Source of the DNA: an uncultured Chloroflexia bacterium
Lineage (GTDB): Bacteria > Chloroflexota > Limnocylindria > Limnocylindrales > CSP1-4
Assembly: GCA_963726055.1 (NCBI GenBank)
Contig: CAVSAP010000001.1
Location: 131,980 to 195,979, forward strand
Direction: 5' to 3'
DNA: 64,000 bases
Part shown: one piece after another, positions 1-10,306 of the stretch
Position numbering within the stretch: position 1 is the first letter of the stretch
How the letters are laid out: every line of letters begins with the position of its first letter
The notes under the pieces: model-generated
Databases searched by the model: none
What the model was told of the DNA's origin: nothing
The model's input: the letters and a program-made list of their open reading frames with translations, nothing else
Made by a program: the position numbers and the translations under genes

Positions 1-1566
1 AACGACCCGGACACGATCATCGTCCTCGATTTCGGCAGCCAGTTCGCCCAGCTCATTGCCCGCCGAGTTCGCGAGCTGAACGTCTACTCGGAGCTCCTGC
101 CCCACGACACGCCGTGGGCCGAGATCGAGCGGCGAGCCCCCAAGGCGATCATCCTCTCCGGGGGACCGAACTCCGTCTACGACGAGGACGCGCCGCGGCC
201 CGATCCGGCGATCTGGCGTGGACAGATTCCCGTCCTCGGCATCTGCTACGGGGCCCACCTCATGGCCCACGAGCTCGGCGGTGACGTCGTCCCGACCACG
301 AAGCGCGAGTACGGCGCTGCGACCGTCACGATCACCGACGACGATGGGCTGTTCAGCGGTCTCGACCGCGATCAACCGGTCTGGATGAGCCACGGCGACT
401 CGATCACTCGCCTGCCATCAGGGTTCCGGGCGACTGCCCAGACAAATTCCTCGCCGTTCGCCGCGCTCGTCGACGCGTCGCGACATCTCTACGGAATCCA
501 GTTCCACCCCGAAGTTGCCCACACGCCTCGTGGTCGGGATGTCCTTCGAAACTTCGTGGTCGGCATTGCGGGTGCCAGTCCCACCTGGACGCCGTCCAAT
601 TTCATCGACGGGACCGTCGCCGACATCCGAGCCCGAGTCGATGCCCACGCGAGCGCCACCGGATCGGACGGGCTCGTCATCTGCGCGCTGTCCGGCGGCG
701 TCGACTCCGCCGTGGCGGCCGCCCTCGTCCACCGGGCGGTGGGAGATCGGCTGACCTGCATCTACGTCGACCACGGGCTGATGCGAAAGAAGGAATCGGA
801 GCTGCTCCGCGAGACGTTCGCCGAACACCTCGGGATGCGCCTCGTGATGGTCGACGCCCGTCAGCGGTTCCTGGCCCGCCTCGCCGGCGTCGAGGACCCC
901 GAGCAGAAGCGGCGGATCATCGGCGACGAGTTCATCCGCGTCTTCGAGGAGGAGGCGACGAAGCTCGGCCGGATCGATTTCCTCACCCAGGGCACGCTCT
1001 ACCCGGACGTCATCGAGAGCGCGACGTCGGAGACGAAGGCGGCCCAGAAGATCAAGACGCATCACAACGTCGGGGGCCTTCCGGCCGACCTGCGCTTCAA
1101 GCTCATCGAGCCTCTGCGCTACCTGTTCAAGGACGAGGTCCGCGCGGTCGGGCTGGAGCTTGGCCTGCCGGAGGCGATGGTCCATCGCCAGCCGTTCCCG
1201 GGCCCGGGACTCGCGATCCGGATCATCGGCGAGGTCACCGCCGAGCGGCTCGACACCCTTCGAGAGGCCGACTGGATCGTCATCGACGAGATCAAGGCCG
1301 CCGGCCTGTATCGCTCGCTCTGGCAGAGCTTCGCGATCCTCACCCCGGTCCGATCGGTCGGCGTGATGGGCGACGGCAGAACGTACGCCAACGTCGTCGC
1401 CATCCGGGCGGTGACCTCGGAGGACGGGATGACAGCCGACTGGGCGAAGCTCCCCTACGACGTCCTCGGCAAGATCTCGAGCCGGATCGTCAACGAGGTC
1501 GCGGGCGTCAACCGGGTCGTCTACGACATCTCGTCGAAGCCCCCGGCCACGATCGAGTGGGAGTAA
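1..1566 (+). CDS. guaA: GMP synthase (glutamine-hydrolysing), 5-prime end outside window
   Basis: Frame 1 is open from nt 1. It has a class-I amidotransferase part ([16 protein letters not shown]), an ATP-pyrophosphatase P-loop (LSGGVDSAV) and the conserved C-terminal dimerisation domain ending PATIEWE. Confidence 0.95.
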   Translation, partial: NDPDTIIVLDFGSQFAQLIARRVRELNVYSELLPHDTPWAEIERRAPKAIILSGGPNSVYDEDAPRPDPAIWRGQIPVLGICYGAHLMAHELGGDVVPTTKREYGAATVTITDDDGLFSGLDRDQPVWMSHGDSITRLPSGFRATAQTNSSPFAALVDASRHLYGIQFHPEVAHTPRGRDVLRNFVVGIAGASPTWTPSNFIDGTVADIRARVDAHASATGSDGLVICALSGGVDSAVAAALVHRAVGDRLTCIYVDHGLMRKKESELLRETFAEHLGMRLVMVDARQRFLARLAGVEDPEQKRRIIGDEFIRVFEEEATKLGRIDFLTQGTLYPDVIESATSETKAAQKIKTHHNVGGLPADLRFKLIEPLRYLFKDEVRAVGLELGLPEAMVHRQPFPGPGLAIRIIGEVTAERLDTLREADWIVIDEIKAAGLYRSLWQSFAILTPVRSVGVMGDGRTYANVVAIRAVTSEDGMTADWAKLPYDVLGKISSRIVNEVAGVNRVVYDISSKPPATIEWE

Positions 1567-1725
1567 CGGAGAACCGGCACCCTCCCCGTCGAATCGGCAA
1601 CCGCGCTCCGAGGTCCGAGGCGGAGCTCACGAGGAGCGAAGCGACGAGTCGCAGCGCCATCGGCCTGAGGACTCGGCGCCTTCGACCCCTGACCTTCGGG
1701 GTATTCCCCACTGGCGCCGACGGGG

Positions 1726-1731
1726 TAGAGT
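1726..1731 (+). promoter_or_regulatory. -10-like box TAGAGT, 7 nt upstream of ATG 1739 (leaderless-type start)
   Basis: TANNNT hexamer in a GC-rich background. There is no Shine-Dalgarno sequence between the box and the start codon. Confidence 0.4.
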
Positions 1732-1738
1732 TTCGGTC

Positions 1739-2356
1739 ATGCTCGACGACGTGACTAACGGAACGTCGGCGCCGCTGCCTCGCTGCATGTGGTGCTCGGC
1801 TGAACTGCCATCCGAATCCGAAGTGACGTGCCCGACTTGCGGGGCGACCCTGGTCGGTGATGGCGACAACCCGGTGCCGGGCGTGACCGCGATCGATCCC
1901 GAGGCAATCATCCGAAGCGCGCGCTCTTCGGGGACCAAGCCCCGGAGCAGGCTGATGGCCTGGATCAGCGGCGAATACGACGAGGGCGAGGAGCACAAGG
2001 CACCGCCCGGGTCGCTGGCGCCGCCGCCGTTTGAAGTCCGCCGCGAGATTCTGCGGCTCGAGCTCGAGGCCGAGGTCGCAAACCTCCAGGCCGAAGCCGA
2101 CGCGATCGCCGCCGAGGCCGCGGTCGAGTCCGGGATCCCGCTTGACGGCTCGATGACGCGGTCCCCCGAGACCGTGGCCGACGAGTCACCCGACGCGACC
2201 GAAGACGCGTCGCCCGATTCGGAAGCAGACCAGACGCCCGACGCAGCTGCGGACGCGTCGCCCGACACCGCCCCGGACGCGACATCCGACACCGCCTCGG
2301 ACGCGACTCCGGACACCGCCGCGGCCACGGCCAAAAAGGCCAAGCCCACCTCCTGA
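1739..2356 (+). CDS. zinc-ribbon protein with coiled-coil segment and acidic DASPD-type low-complexity tail
   Basis: CxxC...CxxC motif (CMWCSAEL...CPTCGATL) near the N-terminus. Codon third positions are G/C-rich in this frame. The C-terminus has repetitive D/A/S/P/T tracts. Confidence 0.55.
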   Translation: MLDDVTNGTSAPLPRCMWCSAELPSESEVTCPTCGATLVGDGDNPVPGVTAIDPEAIIRSARSSGTKPRSRLMAWISGEYDEGEEHKAPPGSLAPPPFEVRREILRLELEAEVANLQAEADAIAAEAAVESGIPLDGSMTRSPETVADESPDATEDASPDSEADQTPDAAADASPDTAPDATSDTASDATPDTAAATAKKAKPTS

Positions 2357-2367
2357 TCGCGACCGGC

Positions 2368-2373
2368 TATTCT
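2368..2373 (+). promoter_or_regulatory. -10-like box TATTCT, 6 nt upstream of GTG 2380 (leaderless-type start)
   Basis: TANNNT hexamer immediately upstream of the start codon, with no SD. Confidence 0.35.
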
Positions 2374-2379
2374 CCGCCG

Positions 2380-2838
2380 GTGCCAGAGCGACTTCCCCCG
2401 CCCGGCCCGTCGTTCCTTCGCGAGCACGAGGTCCGCGTCCGTGACCGGATCCTGCGTGCCGGCATGTCCAGGCCCACGACCACGGACGACGGCTGGTGGC
2501 TGGCCCTGTTGTGGATCGCCGACGACGACGGCGTCGTCCCGCTCCGTGACCTCGCCCCGGCCGCCGGTCCACCGGCCGACCCTCCCCTCGCTCGTCTCGG
2601 CCCGTCACTCGCCGGCGCCCTCAGCGGGATGATTCTCGAGGAGGCGGGCCGCCTCTCGATCCGGTTGGCGACCGTCATTCCCGCCGACGACCCCAGCCGC
2701 CCGTGGCGAGTCCCGGCGGCCATCCGTGCCGCGTTCAAATGGGAGCCGGCGCGCGAGGCGACGATGGGGCCAAATGAGCTGGCCGACACGGTCCTCGCCG
2801 GGTTCAGGCGGTCGATCGAGGGCCTGAGCCGCCCGTAG
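2380..2838 (+). CDS. hypothetical protein
   Basis: 152-aa ORF in the same orientation, tightly spaced between neighbouring genes. I recognise no family. Confidence 0.4.
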   Translation: MPERLPPPGPSFLREHEVRVRDRILRAGMSRPTTTDDGWWLALLWIADDDGVVPLRDLAPAAGPPADPPLARLGPSLAGALSGMILEEAGRLSIRLATVIPADDPSRPWRVPAAIRAAFKWEPAREATMGPNELADTVLAGFRRSIEGLSRP

Positions 2839-2840
2839 GT

Positions 2841-2846
2841 TAGACT
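2841..2846 (+). promoter_or_regulatory. -10-like box TAGACT, 9 nt upstream of GTG 2856
   Basis: TANNNT hexamer with no SD. ATG 2865 is an alternative start. Confidence 0.35.
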
Positions 2847-2855
2847 CCGGGCGCT

Positions 2856-5800
2856 GTGCCAAACATGTTCGACGACTTCCTCGACGAGCTTCGTCGTCGA
2901 CAAGCCGAAGCTGCCGGCGACCGATCTGGCCGCCGACGTGGCCCGGACGACGAGCCAGTCCCGGACGACGGTCCGGATCCCGACGACGAGTCAGACGAAC
3001 CCGAGGAAGCCGAGGCCGGCCCCAGCGACGACGACGCCAGCGTCGACGCGGATTCCGATGTCGACGACGGCGAGTCGGACGAGGAGCCGGAGCCGATCAC
3101 GATCGGCCAGGGTCGCGGGCGGGATGGCGAGCGTCCGCCGCCGCGTGATCCCCGCCGTGGCCGGTCGGTTGGCGGTCCAAACGACGGAGCCAGCTTCGGC
3201 CCTCGCCGCCAGTTCGCCCTCGCCATCGGCCTCGTCGCGGCCCTGTTCATCTTCATCATGCTGTCGGTCGGGCTCGAGCTGTGGACCGACGCGATCTGGT
3301 TCACGAGTGTCGCCTACGAGAGCGTGTTCTGGACGCGAATCGGCGTCGGGTTGGGGCTGTTCATCGGTGGCACGGTCATCGCGCTCGTCCTGCTCCTCGG
3401 GAACCTCTGGCTAGCCGGACGGCTGGCGCCGCCATCCGAGGGGAAGGGCGCCAGCGGCACACTGCGAGGCTGGCTCGATCGGCTGAACGAGGCGGTCCTC
3501 GATTCCGAGCAGCGGTCCGGGCGAACGCGCGGCGACCCGCTCGGCCGGCGCCAGGGCCAGGGCCCTCGCGGCACGGTGGATGTCACGCCATACGACCTGC
3601 CCGACGCGACGCCGATCGGCCGGCTCGTGATTGCCGTCGTCGCGGTATTCGTCGCCCTGACGGTCGGCGGCGCACTGGCCTCGAACTGGCAGACGGTGCT
3701 GCTGTGGATGAACCGTGTCCCGTTCGATCCTGCCGGCGATGGCACGGTCGTCGATCCGATCTTCGGGCGGGACATCTCGTTCTACCTCTTCGACCTCGCC
3801 TTCCTGCGGTTCGTCCAGGTGACGGTCATCGGCCTCGTGATCGCGTCGCTCATCGTCGCCGGCGCCCGCTATCTCGTGGCAGCGCTCGATGGCAGCGCGG
3901 TCTTCAGCACCCCGGTCCGCGTCCACATTGGTGTCCTGGCGGGACTGTTCCTCGTGGCGATCGCGTTTGGCTATCAGCTCGACAAGTACGAGCTGGTCTA
4001 CAGCAACCGCGGCATCGCCATCGGCGTCAGCTACACGGACGACAACGCCCAGTTCCTCGCGTACGACGTGCTGACCGGGCTATCCCTGATCGCCGCGGCG
4101 TTCCTCGTCGGCGGTGCCTTCTCCCGCGTCCTCTGGCCGCTCGGGCTGACCGTCGCCGTGTGGCTCATCGCATCAATCGGCATCGGGCGGATCTACCCGG
4201 AGGTCATCCAGCGGTTCACGGTCCAGCCGAACGAATTTGCCACGGAATCTCCGTACATCGCCAACAACATCGCGATGACACGACTGGCCTTCGACCTCGG
4301 CGGCTGGGAGACCCGCGACTACCGTGGAGAGGAGCCCCTGACCCAGGCAGCAATCGAGGAGCACCAGGCCACGTTCCTCAACGCCCGCCTCTGGGACTAC
4401 CGGCCGCTGGGCGACACCCTGAACCAGCTCCAGACGATCCGGCAGTACTACGAATTCGTTGACGTCGACACCGATCGGTACCCGCTCGGCGACGAGACCC
4501 GGCAGGTGATGCTCTCGGTCAGGGAGCTGGCGCGCGAGAAGAACCCGGGCGCCGTCGGCTGGGTCAACGAGCGGATCATTTACACCCATGGCATCGGTGT
4601 CGCCATGGTTCCCGTAAACGAAGTCGCTAGCCAGGGCCAGCCGCGGCTCGTGATTCGGGACCTGCCGCCCATCTCGTCGGCGAACGCGCCGACGATCTCG
4701 GAGCCGCGTGTCTACTTCGGCGAGCGCCCGAGCGACTACGTGGTCGTCGGCGCCCGGCAGGCCGAGTTCGACTATCCGCGAGGGCAGACGGCGACCGGAG
4801 GCGACGAGGTCGTCGAGACACGATGGAATGGAGCGACGGGAATCAGGCTCGACACGACCCTCTCGCGCCTGCTGTTCGCGCTGCGCTTCCGGGATCTCAA
4901 CCTGCTGATCAGCGACCAGATCACGAGCGACAGCCAGCTCCTGTTCCACCGCAACCTCAGGGATCGGCTGCCGCGGATCGCCCCATTCCTCCTCTACGAC
5001 AAGGATCCATACGCCGTCATCAGGGAGGACGGGACGCTGGCCTACATCCAGGACGCCTACACGGCGTCTGATCGGTTCCCCCACGCCCAGCCCTTCAATC
5101 CTGGCGAGCTGAACTCGCCGGGCTCGGTCCAGTCCGGGCTGGGCCCGTCCGAGTTCAACTACCTCCGGAACAGCGTCAAGGTCATCATGGACGCCTACGA
5201 CGGCACGATGACGTTCTACGCCAACGACCCCGACGACCCATTGCTCCGTGCCTGGCAGGGGGTCTTCCCGATGCTGTTCCGGCCGATGAGCGAATTCCCC
5301 TCAGATCTCCGGCCGCACCTCCGCGTCCCCGAAGAGCTCTTCAACGTCCAGACGAGGGTCTACGGTCGCTACCACGTACAGAACCCGCTGACCTTCTATC
5401 AGCAGGACGACCTCTGGACGGTGCCGATCGGCCAGACGTCGGAGTCCAGCCTGCCCAGCGAGGCGTACTACGTGATCATGTCCCTGCCCGAAGCCGTCGA
5501 CCCGGAATTCCTGCTCCTCCAGCCGATGATCCCCAAGGACCGGCCGAACATGATTGCCTGGGTCGCCGCCCAGAACGATGGCGATGACTACGGACGGACC
5601 CTCGTCTACCGCTTCCCGACCGAGACGTCGGTCTTCGGGCCGGCCCAGATCGAGGCCCAGATCAACGCGGATCCGGAGATCAGCGCCCAGTTCACGCTCT
5701 GGAGCCAGTCCGGCAGCAACGTCATCCAGGGAAATCTCATCGTCGTTCCGGTCGGAGAATCGCTCGTCTACCTCCAGCCGGTCTATCTCCAGGCGACGAG

Positions 5801-6191
5801 CGCCAAGTTCCCAGCCTTCCAGAAGATCATCGTCGCATCACCGACGACCGTCGTCTGGGGCGACACGCTCCAGCAGGCACTCTTCCAGCTACTTCGCGAC
5901 CAGAGCGGTGGCCCCGGCCCGACGCCATCGCCGACGACCCCGAGCCCGACGCCGACACCCGGCGCGAGCGGCACGCCGAGTCCGGGCCAGACGCCCCCGT
6001 CGGACAACGTGACGGAGCTCGTCGCGTACGCGAACCTGCACTTCGAGCTCGCCCAGCAGGCCCTCCGCGACGGCGACTTCGCACGGTACGGCGTCGAGAT
6101 CGCCCTCGTACAGGAAGCGCTCGGTCGGCTCGAGGAACTCGTCGGCGCGACCACGCCCATCCCGTCCGCGCCGCCGAGCGCCTCGCCGTGA
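2856..6191 (+). CDS. UPF0182 family large polytopic membrane protein
   Basis: Uninterrupted 1111-aa ORF. An acidic N-terminal tail is followed by about 7 TM helices (WTDAIWFTSVAYESVFWTRIGVGLGLF...) and a large extracytoplasmic domain typical of UPF0182. The C-terminus is a Pro/Thr/Ser linker. Confidence 0.85.
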   Translation: MPNMFDDFLDELRRRQAEAAGDRSGRRRGPDDEPVPDDGPDPDDESDEPEEAEAGPSDDDASVDADSDVDDGESDEEPEPITIGQGRGRDGERPPPRDPRRGRSVGGPNDGASFGPRRQFALAIGLVAALFIFIMLSVGLELWTDAIWFTSVAYESVFWTRIGVGLGLFIGGTVIALVLLLGNLWLAGRLAPPSEGKGASGTLRGWLDRLNEAVLDSEQRSGRTRGDPLGRRQGQGPRGTVDVTPYDLPDATPIGRLVIAVVAVFVALTVGGALASNWQTVLLWMNRVPFDPAGDGTVVDPIFGRDISFYLFDLAFLRFVQVTVIGLVIASLIVAGARYLVAALDGSAVFSTPVRVHIGVLAGLFLVAIAFGYQLDKYELVYSNRGIAIGVSYTDDNAQFLAYDVLTGLSLIAAAFLVGGAFSRVLWPLGLTVAVWLIASIGIGRIYPEVIQRFTVQPNEFATESPYIANNIAMTRLAFDLGGWETRDYRGEEPLTQAAIEEHQATFLNARLWDYRPLGDTLNQLQTIRQYYEFVDVDTDRYPLGDETRQVMLSVRELAREKNPGAVGWVNERIIYTHGIGVAMVPVNEVASQGQPRLVIRDLPPISSANAPTISEPRVYFGERPSDYVVVGARQAEFDYPRGQTATGGDEVVETRWNGATGIRLDTTLSRLLFALRFRDLNLLISDQITSDSQLLFHRNLRDRLPRIAPFLLYDKDPYAVIREDGTLAYIQDAYTASDRFPHAQPFNPGELNSPGSVQSGLGPSEFNYLRNSVKVIMDAYDGTMTFYANDPDDPLLRAWQGVFPMLFRPMSEFPSDLRPHLRVPEELFNVQTRVYGRYHVQNPLTFYQQDDLWTVPIGQTSESSLPSEAYYVIMSLPEAVDPEFLLLQPMIPKDRPNMIAWVAAQNDGDDYGRTLVYRFPTETSVFGPAQIEAQINADPEISAQFTLWSQSGSNVIQGNLIVVPVGESLVYLQPVYLQATSAKFPAFQKIIVASPTTVVWGDTLQQALFQLLRDQSGGPGPTPSPTTPSPTPTPGASGTPSPGQTPPSDNVTELVAYANLHFELAQQALRDGDFARYGVEIALVQEALGRLEELVGATTPIPSAPPSASP

Positions 6192-7246
6192 GCCGGGGCG
6201 GGGCGATCCTCGCCTCGCTCCTCGTCACGATCGGCCGGCCAGCCTGGTGGTTGCTCGCGCTCGCGGGCTTCCTCGTCCGCGGCGGCTTCATCGTCTTCAT
6301 CCTGCCGATCGTCCTGCTGCCATCTCCGCTGGCGATCTCCAACATGGTGTCGCCCCTTGTCGTCCCGATTGCGCTCGGGAGGATCGGCCCCGACGCAATC
6401 GCAGTCGCGGTCGGTGCGTTCGTCGTCGTGCTCGTGTGGCTTCTCGTCGGCGGTTGGTTCGCTGCGACAACGGACCTCGCGTTCATCCGGGAGGCGGCGG
6501 CCGCTGCCGTCGAGGAGGGAGTCGGGTCGCCGCGACATGGGTCACCCGGCGGCACTGACGCCGCGGAACGCAGCTCGCCGGCAGCCAGGACGTCGTCAGC
6601 AGGGCGGGACCGTGTGCTGGTCGGCCGATTGCTCACGGCGCGGCTCGTCGCCTGGTCCCCGTTCGCGGTCGCAACCGGGATCGGGGTTGCCCGGGTCGTC
6701 GCGATCACGTACTCGGAGCTGACCCGGCCGTTCGAGGTCGTCACTCCGCTTGTCATCCGGGTGGTGCTCGGAGCGGCTCCGGAGCTCACCGTCATCGCCC
6801 TCGCCTGGCTGCTGGGGGAGCTCGTCGGCGGGCTGGCCGGCCGCCGGATCGTCCTCGGCGGCGCCACGTCAGGTCAAGCCTTGCGCACAGCGGCACAGGA
6901 TGTGATTCGGCGACCGGTTTCGATTCTCCTGCCCTGGCTGGTCACGACCGGCCTGCTGCTGGCGGTCCTCGGCGGCACCGTGGGAGCGGCGAGCATTGCC
7001 TGGTCGCGGGTCATCGTCGCCCTGTCCGATCGACCCGTCCACCCGCCCGCGATCGCGCTCAGCCTGTTGCTGTTCGTCGCGATCTGGCTGGCCGCGATCG
7101 TCCTCGCCGGTCTCTTCGCCGCCATTCGGGGCGCGATCCAGACGTTCGAGGACGTCCGGCAGCGGTCGGCGACCGGGACGTTCGGGGCATCCGCGCAGCA
7201 ACGTCCGGGGGATTGGTCCGTCCCGGAGGAAGGTCCTAGCCTGTAG
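6188..7246 (+). CDS. polytopic membrane protein, translationally coupled to UPF0182
   Basis: GTG 6188 overlaps the UPF0182 stop (GTGA). There are multiple hydrophobic helices. I recognise no family. Confidence 0.6.
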   Translation: MSRGGAILASLLVTIGRPAWWLLALAGFLVRGGFIVFILPIVLLPSPLAISNMVSPLVVPIALGRIGPDAIAVAVGAFVVVLVWLLVGGWFAATTDLAFIREAAAAAVEEGVGSPRHGSPGGTDAAERSSPAARTSSAGRDRVLVGRLLTARLVAWSPFAVATGIGVARVVAITYSELTRPFEVVTPLVIRVVLGAAPELTVIALAWLLGELVGGLAGRRIVLGGATSGQALRTAAQDVIRRPVSILLPWLVTTGLLLAVLGGTVGAASIAWSRVIVALSDRPVHPPAIALSLLLFVAIWLAAIVLAGLFAAIRGAIQTFEDVRQRSATGTFGASAQQRPGDWSVPEEGPSL

Positions 7247-7287
7247 GAACCGGCCGTGGAGCGTCCGGTTTCCACCCGAGGTGATCG

Positions 7288-8466
7288 ATGGCGACGAAGA
7301 CAGTCGTCTGCCCCGAATGCAATTCGCTGCTGTCGCCGGGTCGCTTCGCGTGCCAGTCGTGTGGCGCGCTCGTCGCGGCGGTCGCCAGTGTCTCGCGGTC
7401 CTTCACCTCCGGCGAGCGCCTGCTCTCGGCGAGCGTGGCCGTGGCGGCGCCGGACGACGCCTCACCGCCCCCGGCCACCGCCACTGCCGCTGCGGTCGCG
7501 GAGGCGGTCCCGCCCCGCATCCTGAGGCCGGTCGGGTCGCCGCGCCGTGCCAGGTCGACCTCCAGGGCGGCGAAACCGACCACGATCAATCGTGTCATCG
7601 CGCCGCCGCCCGAGCCCGAGGCAATCCCCCAGACGCAATTGCCCTGGGGCGCCAGTCCGTCGCCCCTCCCCGCGCCGGCAAGTCCGTCGCCGGTCCCCGC
7701 GCCGGCCAGTCCGTTGCCCCTCCCCGCGCAGGCCAGCCCGCCACCAATCCCGGCGCCGGTCAGCCCGCCACCCATGTCCGCGTCGAGCCCGCCACCCGTG
7801 CCGACCTGGCCGGAGCGCCCGGCCTGGCCCCCACCGCGGTCGGTCGATGTCGCGGGCGAACGCGTCGAGCGCCAGGCCGATCGCGTGCCTGCCGGCGCCT
7901 ACCTGCCGCCCTCCGCGATCCTTCCATCGGGCGAATCCCTGCGAATCGCGACCCCGGCTCGGACCGGGGCCACAGCCGATATCGCTGCCCGTCCGGCGCC
8001 GGAACCATCGGTCTCGACGAGCACGCCTGCAGAGACGAACGAGGGCCAAGGGTCGCTCGGCCTGCCGTCGGAAGCCGCCACCCGGGTCGTCGTCCTCGGT
8101 GCCGGTGTCGCGGCGTTCGGGTTCACGCTTCCCTGGGCCGACTATGTCATTGGCAGGGGCGTGACCGGCGGGTACCTCGAGCAATGGGGACTCGCCGGCC
8201 CGGGCCACTTGTTCGTCCTGGTCCTGCTGGTTGGGCTGACGTTCCTGGCGCTGGTTGCCGAGCGGCTGCCACCCTGGGTTCGGCTCGGGCTGCCGTCGGT
8301 CGGCCTCGCGTGTCTGCTCGCGGGTCTCGTCTGGCCGTACCTGATCGGGCCGTTCAATGCCTCGATCGGGGTCTACGTCGTCGCGATCGGCGCGATCGTC
8401 ATGATCGCCGGCGGGCTGCTGGATCGAACCGTCGCGCGTCACGCCGAGTCCGTGACAACCGTCTAG
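7288..8466 (+). CDS. zinc-ribbon protein with Pro-rich repeat linker and C-terminal multi-TM domain
   Basis: SD GAGGTGA lies upstream of the start. The N-terminus is a zinc ribbon (CPECNSLL...CQSCGALV). A PAPASPSPVPAPASPLPLP repeat follows, then 4-5 TM helices. Confidence 0.6.
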   Translation: MATKTVVCPECNSLLSPGRFACQSCGALVAAVASVSRSFTSGERLLSASVAVAAPDDASPPPATATAAAVAEAVPPRILRPVGSPRRARSTSRAAKPTTINRVIAPPPEPEAIPQTQLPWGASPSPLPAPASPSPVPAPASPLPLPAQASPPPIPAPVSPPPMSASSPPPVPTWPERPAWPPPRSVDVAGERVERQADRVPAGAYLPPSAILPSGESLRIATPARTGATADIAARPAPEPSVSTSTPAETNEGQGSLGLPSEAATRVVVLGAGVAAFGFTLPWADYVIGRGVTGGYLEQWGLAGPGHLFVLVLLVGLTFLALVAERLPPWVRLGLPSVGLACLLAGLVWPYLIGPFNASIGVYVVAIGAIVMIAGGLLDRTVARHAESVTTV

Positions 8467-8581
8467 AGGCAAGCGGGGCTCCGTCTGAGCCCTGTTACAC
8501 TGCGCCGGACGCTGTCGCCGGCCGGGCAACAGACGGCGCGACCGACCGGTCTGAGCGATTCGGAGGCACCCACCAACCCGC

Positions 8582-9253
8582 ATGGACGAGATCTTCGACG
8601 AGATCGGGAACGCCCTCGGCGGGTTCTTCGGCAGTCCCCCCGTCCAGTTCGCGCTCCAGGCGATCGCGATCTACCTGATCTTCCTCTGGCTGGCCGGCGC
8701 GTACTGGGCCTTCCGCGACATGCAGCAGCGGACGGAGAACCCGATCCTTCCCTACGTCGCGGCGAGCTTCATCATCATCTTCACCCCGATCTTCTTTCCG
8801 CTGGCGATCTTCGTCTACAAGATCATCCGGCCGCACGAGAAGATCGGCGAGTTGTACGAGCGCAATCTCGCCGAGGAGGCCCTCCTCGCCGAGGTCGAGG
8901 CCATCCACAGCTGCCCGACATGCGCCCGTCGCGTGAACGACGAGTGGATCATCTGTCCCACCTGCCGGACCCGACTGAACCGGGTCTGCCCGAACTGCAG
9001 CCGGCTGGTCGGCCTCGACTGGTCGCTGTGCGCCTGGTGCGGCAAGGATTTCGAGCGTCGAGACTTGCCGGCCGCCGCGATCGCGGGTCCGCGACCCGCG
9101 GCGATCATGCCGCTGCCGGATTCGATCGACGAAACCGGCCGGATCGCCGCAGCTGACGGACCCGGCTCGCGCGTGGCCCGATCGTCCGGGCCTCGCTCGC
9201 TGGGCCGAACGGCACAGGCCCCTCGTTCGCCGGACGTCCTGCCCGAGGGCTGA
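8582..9253 (+). CDS. membrane-anchored double zinc-ribbon protein
   Basis: Two N-terminal TM helices are followed by CPTC...CPTC...CPNC...CAWC, a double zinc-ribbon arrangement. Confidence 0.65.
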   Translation: MDEIFDEIGNALGGFFGSPPVQFALQAIAIYLIFLWLAGAYWAFRDMQQRTENPILPYVAASFIIIFTPIFFPLAIFVYKIIRPHEKIGELYERNLAEEALLAEVEAIHSCPTCARRVNDEWIICPTCRTRLNRVCPNCSRLVGLDWSLCAWCGKDFERRDLPAAAIAGPRPAAIMPLPDSIDETGRIAAADGPGSRVARSSGPRSLGRTAQAPRSPDVLPEG

Positions 9254-9272
9254 GGACGGCTCAGGCTAGCAG

Positions 9273-9286
9273 GGAACCCGGGTTCC
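9273..9286 (+). terminator. perfect GC-rich palindrome GGAACCCGGGTTCC downstream of stop 9253
   Basis: 14-nt self-complementary sequence 20 nt after the stop codon. It has no U-tract, so it is only a weak terminator call. Confidence 0.3.
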
Positions 9287-9298
9287 ACGGACTGCATC

Positions 9299-9304
9299 TA
9301 GAGT
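9299..9304 (+). promoter_or_regulatory. -10-like box TAGAGT, 6 nt upstream of GTG 9311 (leaderless-type start)
   Basis: TANNNT hexamer with no SD. Confidence 0.4.
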
Positions 9305-9310
9305 TGCCGC

Positions 9311-10306
9311 GTGACTCCTGACGATCCCGACGTCCCTGTGCCCGCTCCGCGGCCGGGGGCTTCGACATTCACCATCGAGGGGCGGGCGGCGCCGGGGTTG
9401 TTCGTTGTCGGATGGCTGGCGTCAGTTCTTGGGCTCGCGGTTGGCCTCGCGGGCGTGTTCGCCGGCTCGACACTGCTGGTCTACTTCGTCGGGCCTGGCC
9501 TGCTGTCGGTCGGGCTGATCGCGGCCTCGGGCAACCAGGCGCTGGAGCGACGGGCACGCGGGGAGCCATTCGCCGGGCCGTCGCCGATCCTCGTATTCGC
9601 CGCGGCCGTTGCGGTTACCTACTTCGTGGGGGCGCTGCTCGGGCTGCTGATCGAGGCCGTCGTGACGTCGACCGGGACCGATGTCTGGCCACCTGCCGGC
9701 CAGCTCATCGCCGCCGCCCTCACCGCGCTGATCTTCATCGGCCTGCTCCGGCTGACCGTCGTCGGCTCTGGTGCCCTGACGTGGTCGGAGATGGGCATTC
9801 GACGGTTCGATCGACGGGCCGCGGCAGACATCGTCGCCGGCGCATCGCTGGCGCTGCCGGTGATCTTCCTGACACTGATCGTCGCCGGGGTCCTCGTCGC
9901 GATCTTCGGAGTCGTCAGTCCCAGCCCGCTGCCGCCGACCGGCGAACTGTCCGGCCTCGTCCTCCAGCTCGTCACGGGCGCGATCATCGCCCCGGTCGCC
10001 GAGGAGATCATGTTCCGCGGCTTCGCGGTGACGGCCTGGCGGCGCTCGATCGGCGCGAACCGGGCGATCCTCAGGGCGACCCTGCTCTTTGCCCTCGCGC
10101 ACGTCGTCGGTGTCGAGGCGGAGGGTTTCGGCCAGGCCTTCGGCCTCATTGCGGTCGGTGCGGGGACTCGCCTGCCCGTCGCCTGGGTCCTGGGTTGGGT
10201 CTTCGTCCGGCGCGGATCGATCTGGGCACCGATCGGGTTGCACGCGACGTTCAATGGAACGCTGATCATTCTCGCCTACGTCGCGATCCGATCCGGAGTT
10301 GCGTGA
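9311..10306 (+). CDS. CPBP family intramembrane glutamic endopeptidase (CAAX protease-like)
   Basis: Multi-TM protein carrying the CPBP motifs EEIMFRG, FALAH and HATFN. Confidence 0.8.
   Translation: MTPDDPDVPVPAPRPGASTFTIEGRAAPGLFVVGWLASVLGLAVGLAGVFAGSTLLVYFVGPGLLSVGLIAASGNQALERRARGEPFAGPSPILVFAAAVAVTYFVGALLGLLIEAVVTSTGTDVWPPAGQLIAAALTALIFIGLLRLTVVGSGALTWSEMGIRRFDRRAAADIVAGASLALPVIFLTLIVAGVLVAIFGVVSPSPLPPTGELSGLVLQLVTGAIIAPVAEEIMFRGFAVTAWRRSIGANRAILRATLLFALAHVVGVEAEGFGQAFGLIAVGAGTRLPVAWVLGWVFVRRGSIWAPIGLHATFNGTLIILAYVAIRSGVA

Noticed and set aside
2160-2340. Nucleotide-level repeats (GACGCGTCGCCCGA-type; also 7650-7800 and 25030-25150)
   Set aside because: These are in-frame low-complexity coding tracts: acidic DASPD tails and Pro/Ser/Thr linkers within clear ORFs. 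They are not independent DNA repeat elements.
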